The notes: a model not told the origin generated them from the sequence alone. Shown: positions 1 to 10,464, counted from the first letter of the stretch. The stretch: DNA of 64,000 bases from an uncultured Bacteroidales bacterium (GCA_964468645.1 CAYXUU010000029.1:14084-78083), one strand, 5' to 3'. A program made the numbers and translations.

Positions 1-1211
1 AGGAGGATCAAAACCACACCTCCGATAAGACTGTACAGCGTGATTTTGTTGTTTTTCAGCTTCATGGCAAGAAATTCCATTTCCTGTTGTGTCCGGAGTT
101 CTTCAATTCTTGATTGCTCCCTGGCAAGTTGCATCCTGTATTCCTGCACTTCCAATGAGTCGGCATACTGACTGTGAATAAGCATATAATCATAGGCACT
201 CTCGTAATCCCCGGTCTGGGCAAACATTTTACTATAGTCTTTATACACCCATTCGATGTTGTAGATATAGTTAATCCCCTTAGCCTTATCAATGCTTAAC
301 TCATAATACTCCATGGCTCTGTCATACTCTTCCCAGTCACGGTAAACATTTGCCATATTCCCGTAGCAATTACCCTGTACTTTAATATCATTCTTAAGAA
401 GTGCAAGTTCAAGCGTTTTTTCATAATACTCCAACGATCTCTCAAGTTCACCGGCTTCATAAGCATTGAAAGCTATCCTGCCTAATGCCGACATCATATA
501 TACAGTGTCATTCATTTTTTCAGCATATTTCAATACCTGTAAGTATGCTTCATCGGCCCGTTCAAACGCTGACAGATGCCTGAATTCATCGCCAAGGTTA
601 TAATAAGCCGTTGCCAGGTAGAGATGATCCTTTGTTGTGTCGGCATAACTGAGGAACTTATCTCTATAATATCTTTCCATGCCTTTGTCTTCAGTATATT
701 GGTAAACCCGCATCAGAATAAAATAAGGCTTTGCAAACTGTTGCTCCAGATGTTTTTCTTCAAGTATCCTGATACTTCGGGTTTGATAGTCCATCCCCTG
801 TTCATACCTGTCAGTATTGAAAAATATCGTACCGATGTCGCTGCAAATCCTGGCAAGTTTCAGGGGATCGTTTTCGTTTTCAGTTTTTTCGATCAACAGG
901 TCGAGGTATTTGTAATCGTGAATAACCATATTTGAAAGCCTTCCGGCCTTGTAAATAACATGATAGATCATCATGTCCGGTTCAATGTCTTTAACAGCAG
1001 CCAATGAATCGGCCAGCAAACCATACTTGATCGATTTGGCCAGGTAGTCGTGCTGGTAACCCGATGCTAATTCTGTCAGGATTTTTAAACGGCTAGCATC
1101 TTTCAGTGTATCTGAGTTTAATTTATACTCAAGGTTAGGAAGGTAGTTATCAGTCTGAGCAAATACATTCCATGAAAGTAGTATCAGTATTAACAGTAAT
1201 TTAAATTTCAT
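1..1211 (-). CDS. TPR-repeat protein (partial; the C-terminus runs off the left edge). It has an N-terminal signal peptide (MKFKLLLILILLSWNVFAQ) and a predicted TM helix near the window edge, so it is probably the sensing portion of a TPR-type sensor/regulator.
   Basis: My own reverse-complement translation from the ATG at 1209-1211 is open through to position 2. TPR-like 34-residue periodicity is visible (for example AYYNLGDEFRHLSAFERADEAYLQVLKYAEK). A hydrophobic stretch LYSLIGGVVLIL sits at the extreme 5' edge. The ORF track does not list it because it runs off the window. Confidence 0.6.
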   Translation of the reverse strand, partial: MKFKLLLILILLSWNVFAQTDNYLPNLEYKLNSDTLKDASRLKILTELASGYQHDYLAKSIKYGLLADSLAAVKDIEPDMMIYHVIYKAGRLSNMVIHDYKYLDLLIEKTENENDPLKLARICSDIGTIFFNTDRYEQGMDYQTRSIRILEEKHLEQQFAKPYFILMRVYQYTEDKGMERYYRDKFLSYADTTKDHLYLATAYYNLGDEFRHLSAFERADEAYLQVLKYAEKMNDTVYMMSALGRIAFNAYEAGELERSLEYYEKTLELALLKNDIKVQGNCYGNMANVYRDWEEYDRAMEYYELSIDKAKGINYIYNIEWVYKDYSKMFAQTGDYESAYDYMLIHSQYADSLEVQEYRMQLAREQSRIEELRTQQEMEFLAMKLKNNKITLYSLIGGVVLIL

Positions 1212-1342
1212 TCAGCCTTTTGGATATGATGTGATTTACTATCCGGGTACAAAAATAAAGGTTCGCTGATAAACCTGGTCGATCAAGCTTTCTTATTACA
1301 GTTTTTATCTTTCAGATGGTGGCTTTGAACCTATTTTTATCA

Positions 1343-1744
1343 TCAGGGGGTTAATGTTGTCATACTGATTACCCAGAAACCTTTTTCAAAGATTTTGAAT
1401 TCCATCTCTGCTTCACCTTCATTTGATTGATAGGTAATCTTCCCCCAGAAAGGGAAATCAATATTCTGCTTTCCAACGATAGGGGCTGAGTCAGGCCCCA
1501 ATTCCATATTTACCATTTTAATATTCCTGACTACTCTTACCTGTGTTCCTACCGGTCGGTAATCAAGCTGTATGGCACTGCCTCCGGAACTTTGATTGGT
1601 GAACATGATCTGCTCAGGCATGTTTACTTCATAGAGTATGGAATAAGCAGGTTGTTCCTGTTCTTCAGTTTGTGCCTGTGGATCTTTGGTGGTTTTGCAG
1701 GCTACCAATGCCAGTAAAACCATTATAGTCATTATTTTTTTCAT
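1343..1744 (-). CDS. hypothetical lipoprotein
   Basis: ORF 1343..1780. An internal start MKKIMTIMVLLALVAC gives a classic lipobox signal peptide. No recognisable catalytic motif. Confidence 0.5.
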   Translation of the reverse strand: MKKIMTIMVLLALVACKTTKDPQAQTEEQEQPAYSILYEVNMPEQIMFTNQSSGGSAIQLDYRPVGTQVRVVRNIKMVNMELGPDSAPIVGKQNIDFPFWGKITYQSNEGEAEMEFKIFEKGFWVISMTTLTP

Positions 1745-2057
1745 TTGTGCATTTTTTAATTGATTTGCTAATTTACACAATCATTACTCAATTTCAAAAT
1801 AGTGCAGCAAATTGATCAATGTGAATCAGGCCTTAACTTTTTTTACCAGTATTCAAAATAAAGACCAATCTTTAAAGATTGCATCTGGAAGTTGTCCTAA
1901 TTATTTGTTAAGACAATCCGTATCGATACCAGGTGAACGAATGATTAAATAAGCTTATATTTGATCATCGATTGATCTGTCGGATTATTTACCGGATCAG
2001 GGTATCAAAGCATTCGTTACGTATTAGAAAATAACCAATAAGCATTCTTACTTCATA

Positions 2058-3626
2058 ATGAATCTCAATAAGATAAAGTTTTTAAGTATAATCAGTTCAT
2101 TACTATTGGTATGGTTTTTTTCGATATACCCCATATTGGTGCTCTATGCACACAATGCTGGTGAAGTGTTGCTTCATCAGGTGGTAATACCATTGATTTC
2201 GAGCCTGATATTCTATACGGCTATCTATGGTTTGTGGTGGTTAATATTAAAAAATAATTTTAGAGCTGGTTTTGCAACCATCTTTGCAATATTGATTTTC
2301 TGGAATTATGATTTAATTTTTACAGGGCTTTTAAAAGTAATTGATTTGAGGCACTGGCATTTAATGCCATTATTATTAGTTATCTATTCGTTCCTGGTTT
2401 ATATGCTCATAAGAATCAAACATCAAAAATTGCTTCATAATTTAAATACTATTTTCCTGGTGCCAATAACCATACTCATCATGATTAATGTATTTAATAT
2501 ACTGCGTGTTGAGATTGTGAAACCTGATCCCAAAGTAAACAAAAAAAAGTTAGATCAGTTAAATCAGGATGATAATCCTAACAGGGATTATCCTGACATA
2601 TTTCTAATTATTCTGGATGAATATGCCAGTTTCAGCACAATCTATGAGGAATGGGATTATGATAATAGTGGTTTTGCTCAATACTTAAGGGAAAGCGGCT
2701 TTTTTATTGCGGGAAACAGCGATTGGAGATATTATAGAACAATCTGGAATATCTGCAGTCTGCTGAACCTGGATTATGTAACCGGACCGGTCGAACAAAA
2801 TGAATTCCTGGAATACTGCTGTGGCAATCCCTCGGTGCTGGATAATGCAACAAGGGAAATGTTACAGAAAGTAAATAAAAAAGATCTGTTTGAAAGGATT
2901 GCCAGCAACAAGCTTACTGGTTATTTGAAAGATTATGGATATAATATCATAGTTTTGGAAGCATTCAAATCAATGACCTTCAATTATACCGATTATTTCA
3001 TGGGTTTTGATGACTTCAGGAGAAACGATCTGGTATCTGAATTTACTGATCCATTTTCCCAGGAACTGATAAGAGGCTCTATCCTGTATCCCTTCGTAGA
3101 TCTATCAATTGATTACCGGATTAATAAAATAAAGTATAACGGAACAAAATCCATTTTAAATTATTTAAAATCAAAGGCGGCCGACCTGGATAGCCCCAAA
3201 TTTGTTCTTGCACATATACTCTGTCCACACCACCCTCTTGTATTTGACCTTGAGGGGAATTTCGTACCTGATGCGCCAAATCCAAGAGATGAGCGTATCG
3301 GAAAGCTAATGCCTGAAAATAACGATGTTAATCACAGATATCTGGATCAGTATATTTATATGACCAACCAGATTAAAGACATTATTAATTCTATTATGAT
3401 ACAATCAACAGAGAAACCTGTTATCATGATTCAGAGTGATCATTCCCCAAGGCCACAGGCGTTTTATTTGAAAGATAAAACCAATGCGTTTAGTGTATTG
3501 AATGTGGTATATTTTCCGGATGGGGATTATAAATATATGTATGATAGTATTGCTCCCATTAATATAATGAGAATATTATTAAATAAATACTTCGATACAA
3601 AATACGAATTATTGGATGACAGATAG
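2058..3626 (+). CDS. membrane-anchored alkaline-phosphatase-superfamily enzyme (sulfatase/LtaS/EptA-like phosphotransferase), paralog A
   Basis: Roughly five N-terminal TM helices are followed by a soluble domain carrying LDEYASF, HILCPHHPLVFD (compare the H-x-x-G-S-H-G-P-x-Y motif of EptA/LtaS) and MIQSDHSPRP (compare SDHG). Its stop codon is within 1 nt of the ATG of the next gene (positions 3623-3628 by my count). Confidence 0.7.
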   Translation: MNLNKIKFLSIISSLLLVWFFSIYPILVLYAHNAGEVLLHQVVIPLISSLIFYTAIYGLWWLILKNNFRAGFATIFAILIFWNYDLIFTGLLKVIDLRHWHLMPLLLVIYSFLVYMLIRIKHQKLLHNLNTIFLVPITILIMINVFNILRVEIVKPDPKVNKKKLDQLNQDDNPNRDYPDIFLIILDEYASFSTIYEEWDYDNSGFAQYLRESGFFIAGNSDWRYYRTIWNICSLLNLDYVTGPVEQNEFLEYCCGNPSVLDNATREMLQKVNKKDLFERIASNKLTGYLKDYGYNIIVLEAFKSMTFNYTDYFMGFDDFRRNDLVSEFTDPFSQELIRGSILYPFVDLSIDYRINKIKYNGTKSILNYLKSKAADLDSPKFVLAHILCPHHPLVFDLEGNFVPDAPNPRDERIGKLMPENNDVNHRYLDQYIYMTNQIKDIINSIMIQSTEKPVIMIQSDHSPRPQAFYLKDKTNAFSVLNVVYFPDGDYKYMYDSIAPINIMRILLNKYFDTKYELLDDR

Positions 3627-4556
3627 ATGAAGGCAAACAAAATGCTTATTGTTTTTCTTTGTATATTTATATTGTTTGCTACGTATCTGGTTTTTGCAGA
3701 TTATATCTTTCAGGTCTTAATTAAAATGAGCAGAGAAGCAAGATCTGTTAAAAGAGAACTGCCTCAAGAAACTAACAATATAAAATTTCATATTGATAGG
3801 GTAAAGAATGTGATATTAGGATGGAAAGATGCTTTGACAATCCGGGGGTGGGTCTTCAAAGAAAATGTTAAAGAGACGCATAGAGAGGTATATCTGGTGC
3901 TAAAGTCAAAAACAAGCACGCTTATTTTCGATATAGAAGATGATAATAGACAAAGGCGGGATATTTCGTATAACTATAATATTGCCGACGAAATAGATAA
4001 TCATGGATTTGAGTTGAGAATACCCGTTTATAGATTAAGAAAAGGCCCATATAAAATTGGGTTTATAATAGAAGACAAAACAGGGACATATTATACCCTT
4101 TCTGATACAAAATTGAGGATACCTAGAAACACAATTCAGACAAAGCAAATAAGTCAGAGATCATTATCAGAATTCATATCAAAACAGGTAAGCCTGGATT
4201 TAAAAGAACCTACAAAAGAAGTCGATTATCATTTCGACGAAGTCAATATTTCGGAGAAACACCTTATTGTCAGCGGGTGGGGATTTATTAAAGGCATGGA
4301 TACAGGTTCACTTAAAACGTATATTTCATTAAAGAAAGACGAAAATGTAATTGTATATAATGTTCAGGTGAATAAGAGGAAGGATATAACCAAGCGGTTT
4401 AAGGATTTCGGCAGAAACCTGAATTTATCAGGTTTCTCATCCCAAATCCCCATTGAGAATTTGGATAGCGGAAATTATCAATTAGGATTATACTTAATTA
4501 AGGGTGATCACATAGGAATTATTTATGCGGACCAACATGTAAATGTTAGCAAATAA
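3627..4556 (+). CDS. membrane-anchored protein with two internal ~140-aa repeats, unknown function
   Basis: A single N-terminal TM helix (MLIVFLCIFILFATYLVFA) is followed by duplicated modules (HIDRVKNVILGWKDALTIRGWVF... and HFDEVNISEKHLIVSGWGFIKG...). It is translationally coupled to the upstream gene. Confidence 0.55.
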   Translation: MKANKMLIVFLCIFILFATYLVFADYIFQVLIKMSREARSVKRELPQETNNIKFHIDRVKNVILGWKDALTIRGWVFKENVKETHREVYLVLKSKTSTLIFDIEDDNRQRRDISYNYNIADEIDNHGFELRIPVYRLRKGPYKIGFIIEDKTGTYYTLSDTKLRIPRNTIQTKQISQRSLSEFISKQVSLDLKEPTKEVDYHFDEVNISEKHLIVSGWGFIKGMDTGSLKTYISLKKDENVIVYNVQVNKRKDITKRFKDFGRNLNLSGFSSQIPIENLDSGNYQLGLYLIKGDHIGIIYADQHVNVSK

Positions 4557-4655
4557 ATTGTAAACTTTTCAAAAGTACAATCAGTTTTTGTAAGAAATAT
4601 CAGTAGTATTGTAAATTCGCTGCTGCTCTAAACCTGAATAAGAATTATTAATGCA

Positions 4656-6131
4656 ATGGGTAAAAGTAAACTTTTAAAAAAGTTAGTTCCAATTATCACT
4701 GTATGGCTATTTGCAATTTATCCCGTTTTGGCTTTATATGCACACAATGCTGAAGAGCTTGTTTTACAGCAAGCTACACTACCCTTAGGCTTTTCCCTGA
4801 TATTCTCAACAATTCTATTTGGTCTTTGGGGAATCATACTTAAGAACAATTATAAGGCAAGTTTGGTGACTATTATATTGTTATTGATTTTTTGGTATTA
4901 CGCATTAATTTACAGGGGTATTACGCAATTTAACACTTTTAAGCACTGGCATCTAATACCGTTATTATTTTTAATGTATTTCATTTTTGTCTATTTTATA
5001 GCAAAGGCCAGGCGACAAAAGGTGCTAAAAAAATTAAACACAATCTTATTAGCACCAATTACGCTATTGATAGTTTTTAATGTTATAACCATCTTACCAA
5101 TAGAATTTAAAAAGATTGAAACCTTAAGAAATAATGGTAAGACTAATATCACGGCATCTGAAATAAATGCTGCTAAAGATCATCCAGATATTTATCTGAT
5201 CGTATTAGATGAATATGCCAGCTTTAAGTCAATAAATGAAGAGTGGGATTATACCAACAGTGAGTTTGAAGAATTTCTAAGAGAAAAAGGCTTTTATGTT
5301 GCTGAAGATAGTGAAACCCGGTTTAATAAGACTAAAAAAGCACTGACCTCTTTAATGAATCTCAAATATATTGATGAAAGTTATACAGAGTTAGAATTAA
5401 ATCAGAGATATCATAACAATCATATATTTGATTTATTTGATAAAATGGGGTATGGCGTTGTTTTTCTCGATGGACGTGGTATTGCTGGGCAAACAGCAAT
5501 TTCAGAAAACATTTTACATGTCTATTATACAGGCATAGATTCTACAAACAGTCCCGTGATTAATGAATTCAGCGATCTGGTTTTTAAACAATCCATGTTA
5601 AAGCCCCTCCTCAAATACCTGAGGGATGAAAATACAAATCTTTACTATAATTTGAATAATTATATCTTCAATTACATAAGTAATTTCCCATCAATAGTAA
5701 ATGAAAATGAGCAGCCAACTTTCCTGTATGCTTATATAATGTGTCCGCATTTGCCATATGTTTTTGACCGGAAGGGTAATTTTACTGAGAATCCTACAAA
5801 CTATTGGGAGTATAAATCATTAGATAAAGATCTTCTTAAAAAATTATATTTAGAGCAATATATCCATGTTACAACAAGGATGACAGATATTATAAATGAA
5901 ATATTAGAAACTTCGGAAAATGAACCTATTATAATTTTGCTATCGGATCATGGCCCAAGAGGAAACTCAGGTATGAAAAATTCAAATCAGGCTTTCAGGG
6001 TTATGAATGCGATATATTTTCCCGACCGCAACTATCATAATCTATATTCAAATATTGCACCGGTTAACACGTTGAGAGCATTGTTAAACAAGTACTTTGG
6101 CGGAAACTTTAAAATGTTGGAGGATAGATAG
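4656..6131 (+). CDS. membrane-anchored alkaline-phosphatase-superfamily enzyme (sulfatase/LtaS/EptA-like), paralog B
   Basis: Its N-terminus is clearly homologous to that of the 2058..3626 protein (YAHNAEELVLQQ versus YAHNAGEVLLHQ, and HWHLIPLL versus HWHLMPLL). It shares the same catalytic-domain motifs: LDEYASF, YIMCPHLPYVFD and LLSDHGPRGN. Confidence 0.7.
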   Translation: MGKSKLLKKLVPIITVWLFAIYPVLALYAHNAEELVLQQATLPLGFSLIFSTILFGLWGIILKNNYKASLVTIILLLIFWYYALIYRGITQFNTFKHWHLIPLLFLMYFIFVYFIAKARRQKVLKKLNTILLAPITLLIVFNVITILPIEFKKIETLRNNGKTNITASEINAAKDHPDIYLIVLDEYASFKSINEEWDYTNSEFEEFLREKGFYVAEDSETRFNKTKKALTSLMNLKYIDESYTELELNQRYHNNHIFDLFDKMGYGVVFLDGRGIAGQTAISENILHVYYTGIDSTNSPVINEFSDLVFKQSMLKPLLKYLRDENTNLYYNLNNYIFNYISNFPSIVNENEQPTFLYAYIMCPHLPYVFDRKGNFTENPTNYWEYKSLDKDLLKKLYLEQYIHVTTRMTDIINEILETSENEPIIILLSDHGPRGNSGMKNSNQAFRVMNAIYFPDRNYHNLYSNIAPVNTLRALLNKYFGGNFKMLEDR

Positions 6132-6142
6132 TCTAAATTAAT

Positions 6143-7594
6143 TTGGAAGTACCGAAAACAATTATAAATTTTTATACTAATTTGCGAACAATCATTAAAT
6201 CAGAAACTGGAAATTCAATGATTAATAATAAAGTCTTAGAAAGTTCTTTCCGTGACCCAAGCGGATTTCTCTTTGATGAAGACGGGATACTATTGCGTCA
6301 AGTAAATAAATGTTATCAAAAAGACTATGACTTTTTAATGAATTCTTCACTTTATGACAAATTAACAAGTGAAGGATTGTTGATTACTCATAAGGAGCAT
6401 GATAGCCATAAAGGTTTCAAACCAGATTGTTACAAAATTATCGAACCTGACCTGATTAATTTTATATCCTACCCATATGAGTGGTCGTTCAGCCAATTAA
6501 AAGATGCGGCAATAACAACACTGATGATTCAAAAAACAGCCTTACAACATGGAATGATATTAAAAGACAGCAGTGCCTACAATATTCAGTTTCAAAACGG
6601 AAGACCCATATTTATTGATACGCTCTCATTTGAAATATACCATGATGGCCAACCATGGGGTGCTTACAGGCAATTCTGCCAGCATTTTTTAGCCCCACTC
6701 GCATTGATGAGCCATACCGATATCCGGTTAAACCAGATGATGAAAATTTATCTGGATGGCATTCCTCTTGATCTGGCCAGTAAATTATTACCCTTTAAAA
6801 CGAAAATCAGGATCTCGTTATTAATGCATCTTCATTTGCATACAGGTGCACAAAAAAAGTACCGGAACAAAGGATCTGCTTCGAAAAACACGAAAATTTC
6901 CCGTTCTAATTTGTTTGCATTGATACAAAGTTTATTATCTGCTGTAAGACGCCTGAGATTGAAGGGCCAGAATACTGAATGGGGCGATTATTATTCTTTT
7001 ACCAATTACGCTGATCAATCATTTACACATAAAAAAGAAATTATTACCGGATTTATCAAAGCTATAAATCCTGAAACGATCTGGGACCTGGGTGCAAACA
7101 CAGGCGAGTTCACTCAAATTGGCAGTCAATATGGAATACAATGCGTCGCATTTGATATTGATCCGTTAGCTGTTGATTCCCATTATACCTATATCAGAAA
7201 CCAGCAAATTGAAAATATTTTACCGTTGGTCATGGATTTAACAAATCCGAGTCCATCAATAGGTTGGAACAACAAAGAAAGAATGGGATTTTTGCAGAGG
7301 CCTTTACCCGATACCGTTCTTGCACTTGCATTGATCCATCATCTGGCCATTTCAAACAATCTGCCATTGAACAAGATTGCCAGCTTCCTGAGTGAATTGA
7401 GCGATAATCTGATCATTGAATTTGTACCAAAGACAGATTCACAGGTGCAAAAACTACTCGAGTCACGAAAAGATATCTTTATAAATTACAATGAAGAAAC
7501 ATTTGTCCGGGATTTCGAATTGTATTTTAAGATCAGGGCAAAAGAAACGATTGCTGAATCTAACAGGGTAATTTATTGGATGACTAGAAAATAA
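6143..7594 (+). CDS. two-domain protein: an N-terminal protein-kinase-like (PKL) fold candidate fused to a C-terminal class I SAM-dependent methyltransferase of FkbM type
   Basis: The C-terminal region has the SAM-binding motif I, WDLGANTGEFTQIGSQYGIQCVAFDIDP (GANxG is typical of FkbM-family methyltransferases). The N-terminal region has a catalytic-loop-like segment MILKDSSAYNIQFQNGRPIFIDTLSF, where D-x4-N is followed about 12 residues later by I-D-T (DFG-like), spacing that matches kinase-like folds. The kinase assignment is an inference. Confidence 0.55.
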   Translation: MEVPKTIINFYTNLRTIIKSETGNSMINNKVLESSFRDPSGFLFDEDGILLRQVNKCYQKDYDFLMNSSLYDKLTSEGLLITHKEHDSHKGFKPDCYKIIEPDLINFISYPYEWSFSQLKDAAITTLMIQKTALQHGMILKDSSAYNIQFQNGRPIFIDTLSFEIYHDGQPWGAYRQFCQHFLAPLALMSHTDIRLNQMMKIYLDGIPLDLASKLLPFKTKIRISLLMHLHLHTGAQKKYRNKGSASKNTKISRSNLFALIQSLLSAVRRLRLKGQNTEWGDYYSFTNYADQSFTHKKEIITGFIKAINPETIWDLGANTGEFTQIGSQYGIQCVAFDIDPLAVDSHYTYIRNQQIENILPLVMDLTNPSPSIGWNNKERMGFLQRPLPDTVLALALIHHLAISNNLPLNKIASFLSELSDNLIIEFVPKTDSQVQKLLESRKDIFINYNEETFVRDFELYFKIRAKETIAESNRVIYWMTRK

Positions 7595-7693
7595 ATATTA
7601 AATGGATAATATTATTTCATTTGGATTTTAAGTAAATTAAAAAGTATATTTTTGAATATGAAATTGAAATCACTGCAAATCAAAAGTTAAACG

Positions 7694-7924
7694 ATGAATA
7701 TACTCCACGCTATTATTTCGGTAACATTTCTTTCTTCATTACCTGCCATTTTACTCGCCTATATTGACCCGGGAACCGGCAGCATAATAATTCAGGCAAT
7801 TATTGCGACAGTTGTTGGCGCTGGCGTTGCCCTGGCGCTATTCAGAGACAAAGTATTCAGGTTATTCGGGATAAAAAGGCCGGATAAACCCGATGATGAA
7901 TCTGAGCATATTGAAGACAAATAG
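7694..7924 (+). CDS. small hydrophobic protein (76 aa), unknown function
   Basis: ORF has an ATG start, two predicted TM segments and an acidic C-terminal tail. There is no homology signal I can name. Confidence 0.35.
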   Translation: MNILHAIISVTFLSSLPAILLAYIDPGTGSIIIQAIIATVVGAGVALALFRDKVFRLFGIKRPDKPDDESEHIEDK

Positions 7925-7950
7925 CAATTATCCCTAATATTATTCTTGAA

Positions 7951-9864
7951 GTGATAATATTGCCCACAATTAAGAACACAACACTTACCATACAAACCTT
8001 CTTTTTGTGTTTCAGCTTATCCGCCCAAGTTAAAACTGATAAACCTATCGTTCAGGGAAATGATTATGACCAGCTAGCATTGCGATCTTCATCCACCTCA
8101 AATTACGACATCAAATATCACCGGCTTGAATTTGAAGTTGACCCACCTGTTATTTACATCGAAGGAAATGTTACCACTTATTTTGTTCCCAAAAACGATT
8201 TAAGCTCGATGGTTTTTGATTTCAGAAATAATATGACAGTGGATTCAGCAATATATCATGGAAGTATTATAACGCACACCTTCATTTCAACCGTTGAATT
8301 AAAAGTCGGTTTTCCTTCAACAATACCTGCAGGCACAATCGATTCTGTTACTATATATTATCAGGGAGCCCCCAGCTCAGGTGGTTTTGGTGCTTTCGAA
8401 ACGGATAATACAACATGCTCAAGCCAGGATACCGTTATGTGGACACTTTCGGAGCCCTATGGGGCAAAATGCTGGTGGCCCTGCAAAGAAACATTAAATG
8501 ATAAGATCGATTCGGTGGACATGTTTGTTACAGCCCCGATGAAATACCACATTGCCGGAAATGGCCTTTTGATTAAGCGTGATACCTCAGGAAACAAGAT
8601 CACCGACCACTGGAAACATACCTATCCCATCCCTGCCTACCTGATCGCATTTGCTGCTTCCGAATATTCAATATACAGGGATACCATCGCTTTATATAAT
8701 GGAGGTCATCTCGAAGTGCTAAACTATGTTTTCCCATGCGATTCAGCCTATGCCCATACACAAACGATCAAGCTGGATACGGTAATGAATTTTTTTATTG
8801 GGAAATTTGGTCCTTATCCTTTTGAAGATGAAAAATACGGACATGCCCAGTGCAGGTTTGGTGGTGGTATGGAGCATACAACCATGACATTTATGGGAGG
8901 GTGGTGGTATTCTGTCCTGATCCATGAACTGGCACACCAATGGTTTGGGGATAAGATCACTTGCGGCAGCTGGCACGATATCTGGCTGAATGAAGGCTTT
9001 GCCACCTACCTGGAGGGATTGACCTGTGAGCAGCGGATACAAACCACCTCATTTTATAACTGGTTGAGCGGCAAACGTACTAATATATTGAGTAGTAATT
9101 ACGGTTCCGTTTACTGTAATGATACCACCAGTGTCAGCCGGATTTTCAATGGCAGATTATCATACAACAAAGGGGCATATCTTTTGCATATGCTGCGTTG
9201 GATTATGGGGGATACAGATTTTTTCACTGCATTACATAATTATATTAATGATCCTGCGCTAGCGTACGATTATGCCCTCACCGATGATCTTAAGGCTCAT
9301 CTGGAAACAACCGCTGATACAAGCTTTACGGAGTTTCTGGATGATTGGTATTACGGCCAGGGATGGCCCGATTATGATATTACATGGTCGGTGGATGTTG
9401 CCTGCAATAAGCTCAGGGTAAACATCCGGCAATCACATTCCACTGGTGGAAATACTTTCTTTGAAATGCCTGTGCCTGTAAAATTCAGTAATGGATCTCA
9501 GGATACAACTTTAATATTTAATCAAAACAACCCGGTGGATACCCTGTTTTTCAGAACGGTAAATTTCACACCTGATGATGCAGCATTTGATCCTGACCTG
9601 TGGCTTTGTGCAAAAAGTACCGTTATTGAAGAAAGTTTAGCTGTGAGAACGATACATTGGACGGGTGGTTTTGATAATGACTGGCTAACAGCTTCGAACT
9701 GGGATTGCGGGGTACCAACTTTAAATGACGATGTTGTAATCCCGGCAGGCAAGCCAGATTGTATTATTTCTACAGGCGATGTTGCTTACTGTAAGAATCT
9801 GTATATTGAAGCAGGGGGTAATCTTATTATCCAGCCTGATGCGACATTACATGTGGAAAATTAG
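7951..9864 (+). CDS. M1-family zinc aminopeptidase (aminopeptidase N-like), secreted
   Basis: The gluzincin signature HELAHQWFGD plus WLNEGFATY (the third zinc ligand, Glu) is present, with an N-terminal signal peptide. Length is 637 aa. Confidence 0.85.
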   Translation: MIILPTIKNTTLTIQTFFLCFSLSAQVKTDKPIVQGNDYDQLALRSSSTSNYDIKYHRLEFEVDPPVIYIEGNVTTYFVPKNDLSSMVFDFRNNMTVDSAIYHGSIITHTFISTVELKVGFPSTIPAGTIDSVTIYYQGAPSSGGFGAFETDNTTCSSQDTVMWTLSEPYGAKCWWPCKETLNDKIDSVDMFVTAPMKYHIAGNGLLIKRDTSGNKITDHWKHTYPIPAYLIAFAASEYSIYRDTIALYNGGHLEVLNYVFPCDSAYAHTQTIKLDTVMNFFIGKFGPYPFEDEKYGHAQCRFGGGMEHTTMTFMGGWWYSVLIHELAHQWFGDKITCGSWHDIWLNEGFATYLEGLTCEQRIQTTSFYNWLSGKRTNILSSNYGSVYCNDTTSVSRIFNGRLSYNKGAYLLHMLRWIMGDTDFFTALHNYINDPALAYDYALTDDLKAHLETTADTSFTEFLDDWYYGQGWPDYDITWSVDVACNKLRVNIRQSHSTGGNTFFEMPVPVKFSNGSQDTTLIFNQNNPVDTLFFRTVNFTPDDAAFDPDLWLCAKSTVIEESLAVRTIHWTGGFDNDWLTASNWDCGVPTLNDDVVIPAGKPDCIISTGDVAYCKNLYIEAGGNLIIQPDATLHVEN

Positions 9865-10266
9865 TACGAATTACTCAACTTCAATTTCCTTTTACCATCA
9901 TAGCTTTAAAGCAAGACGGTTTCCAGGTGATCCTGATGTCTTTCATTTTCTATACATCTTTTTCATTTGACTGAATTCCACTACCTGTCTTATTACCAGG
10001 TAAAGTTTTAATTCCCTTGTAAAAGGTTTTGAATATCTAAATGAATTTAATATATTTGAAGATATATATCAGCGACAACGGAATGGCAAGTTCAGTAAAG
10101 TCTTCTATTTGTATTTGACTTATTATAAGTAACGCAAGAGAAATATTAACTTTTGCTATAAGAGATCTATTAGCAATTGACATCCTGATGGATAGTAGTT
10201 ATGTAAAATGCGTGACGCCCTTAGTAAACTATTTTTATTAACTTCGTAAAAAGAATTCTAAAAGCA

Positions 10267-10449
10267 ATGAAAGGCATAAATTACGTAACAAATGATAAGG
10301 GTGAAAAAGTAGCTGTTATTATTGACTTAAAAGAGCATGATAAGGCTATCAATCAATATATTGAAGATCTTGAAGATTTAATTGATTTGGAATTAAGAAA
10401 GGATGAGCAATCAATTCCCTGGAATGAAGCTAAGAAACGGCTTTCTTAA
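10267..10449 (+). CDS. small acidic protein (60 aa); possible antitoxin-like partner
   Basis: It is a short, charged, probably helical protein immediately upstream of an ORF whose N-terminus looks RelE/ParE-like. There is no definitive motif. Confidence 0.3.
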   Translation: MKGINYVTNDKGEKVAVIIDLKEHDKAINQYIEDLEDLIDLELRKDEQSIPWNEAKKRLS

Positions 10450-10464
10450 TTTTCAATTTTAGAT

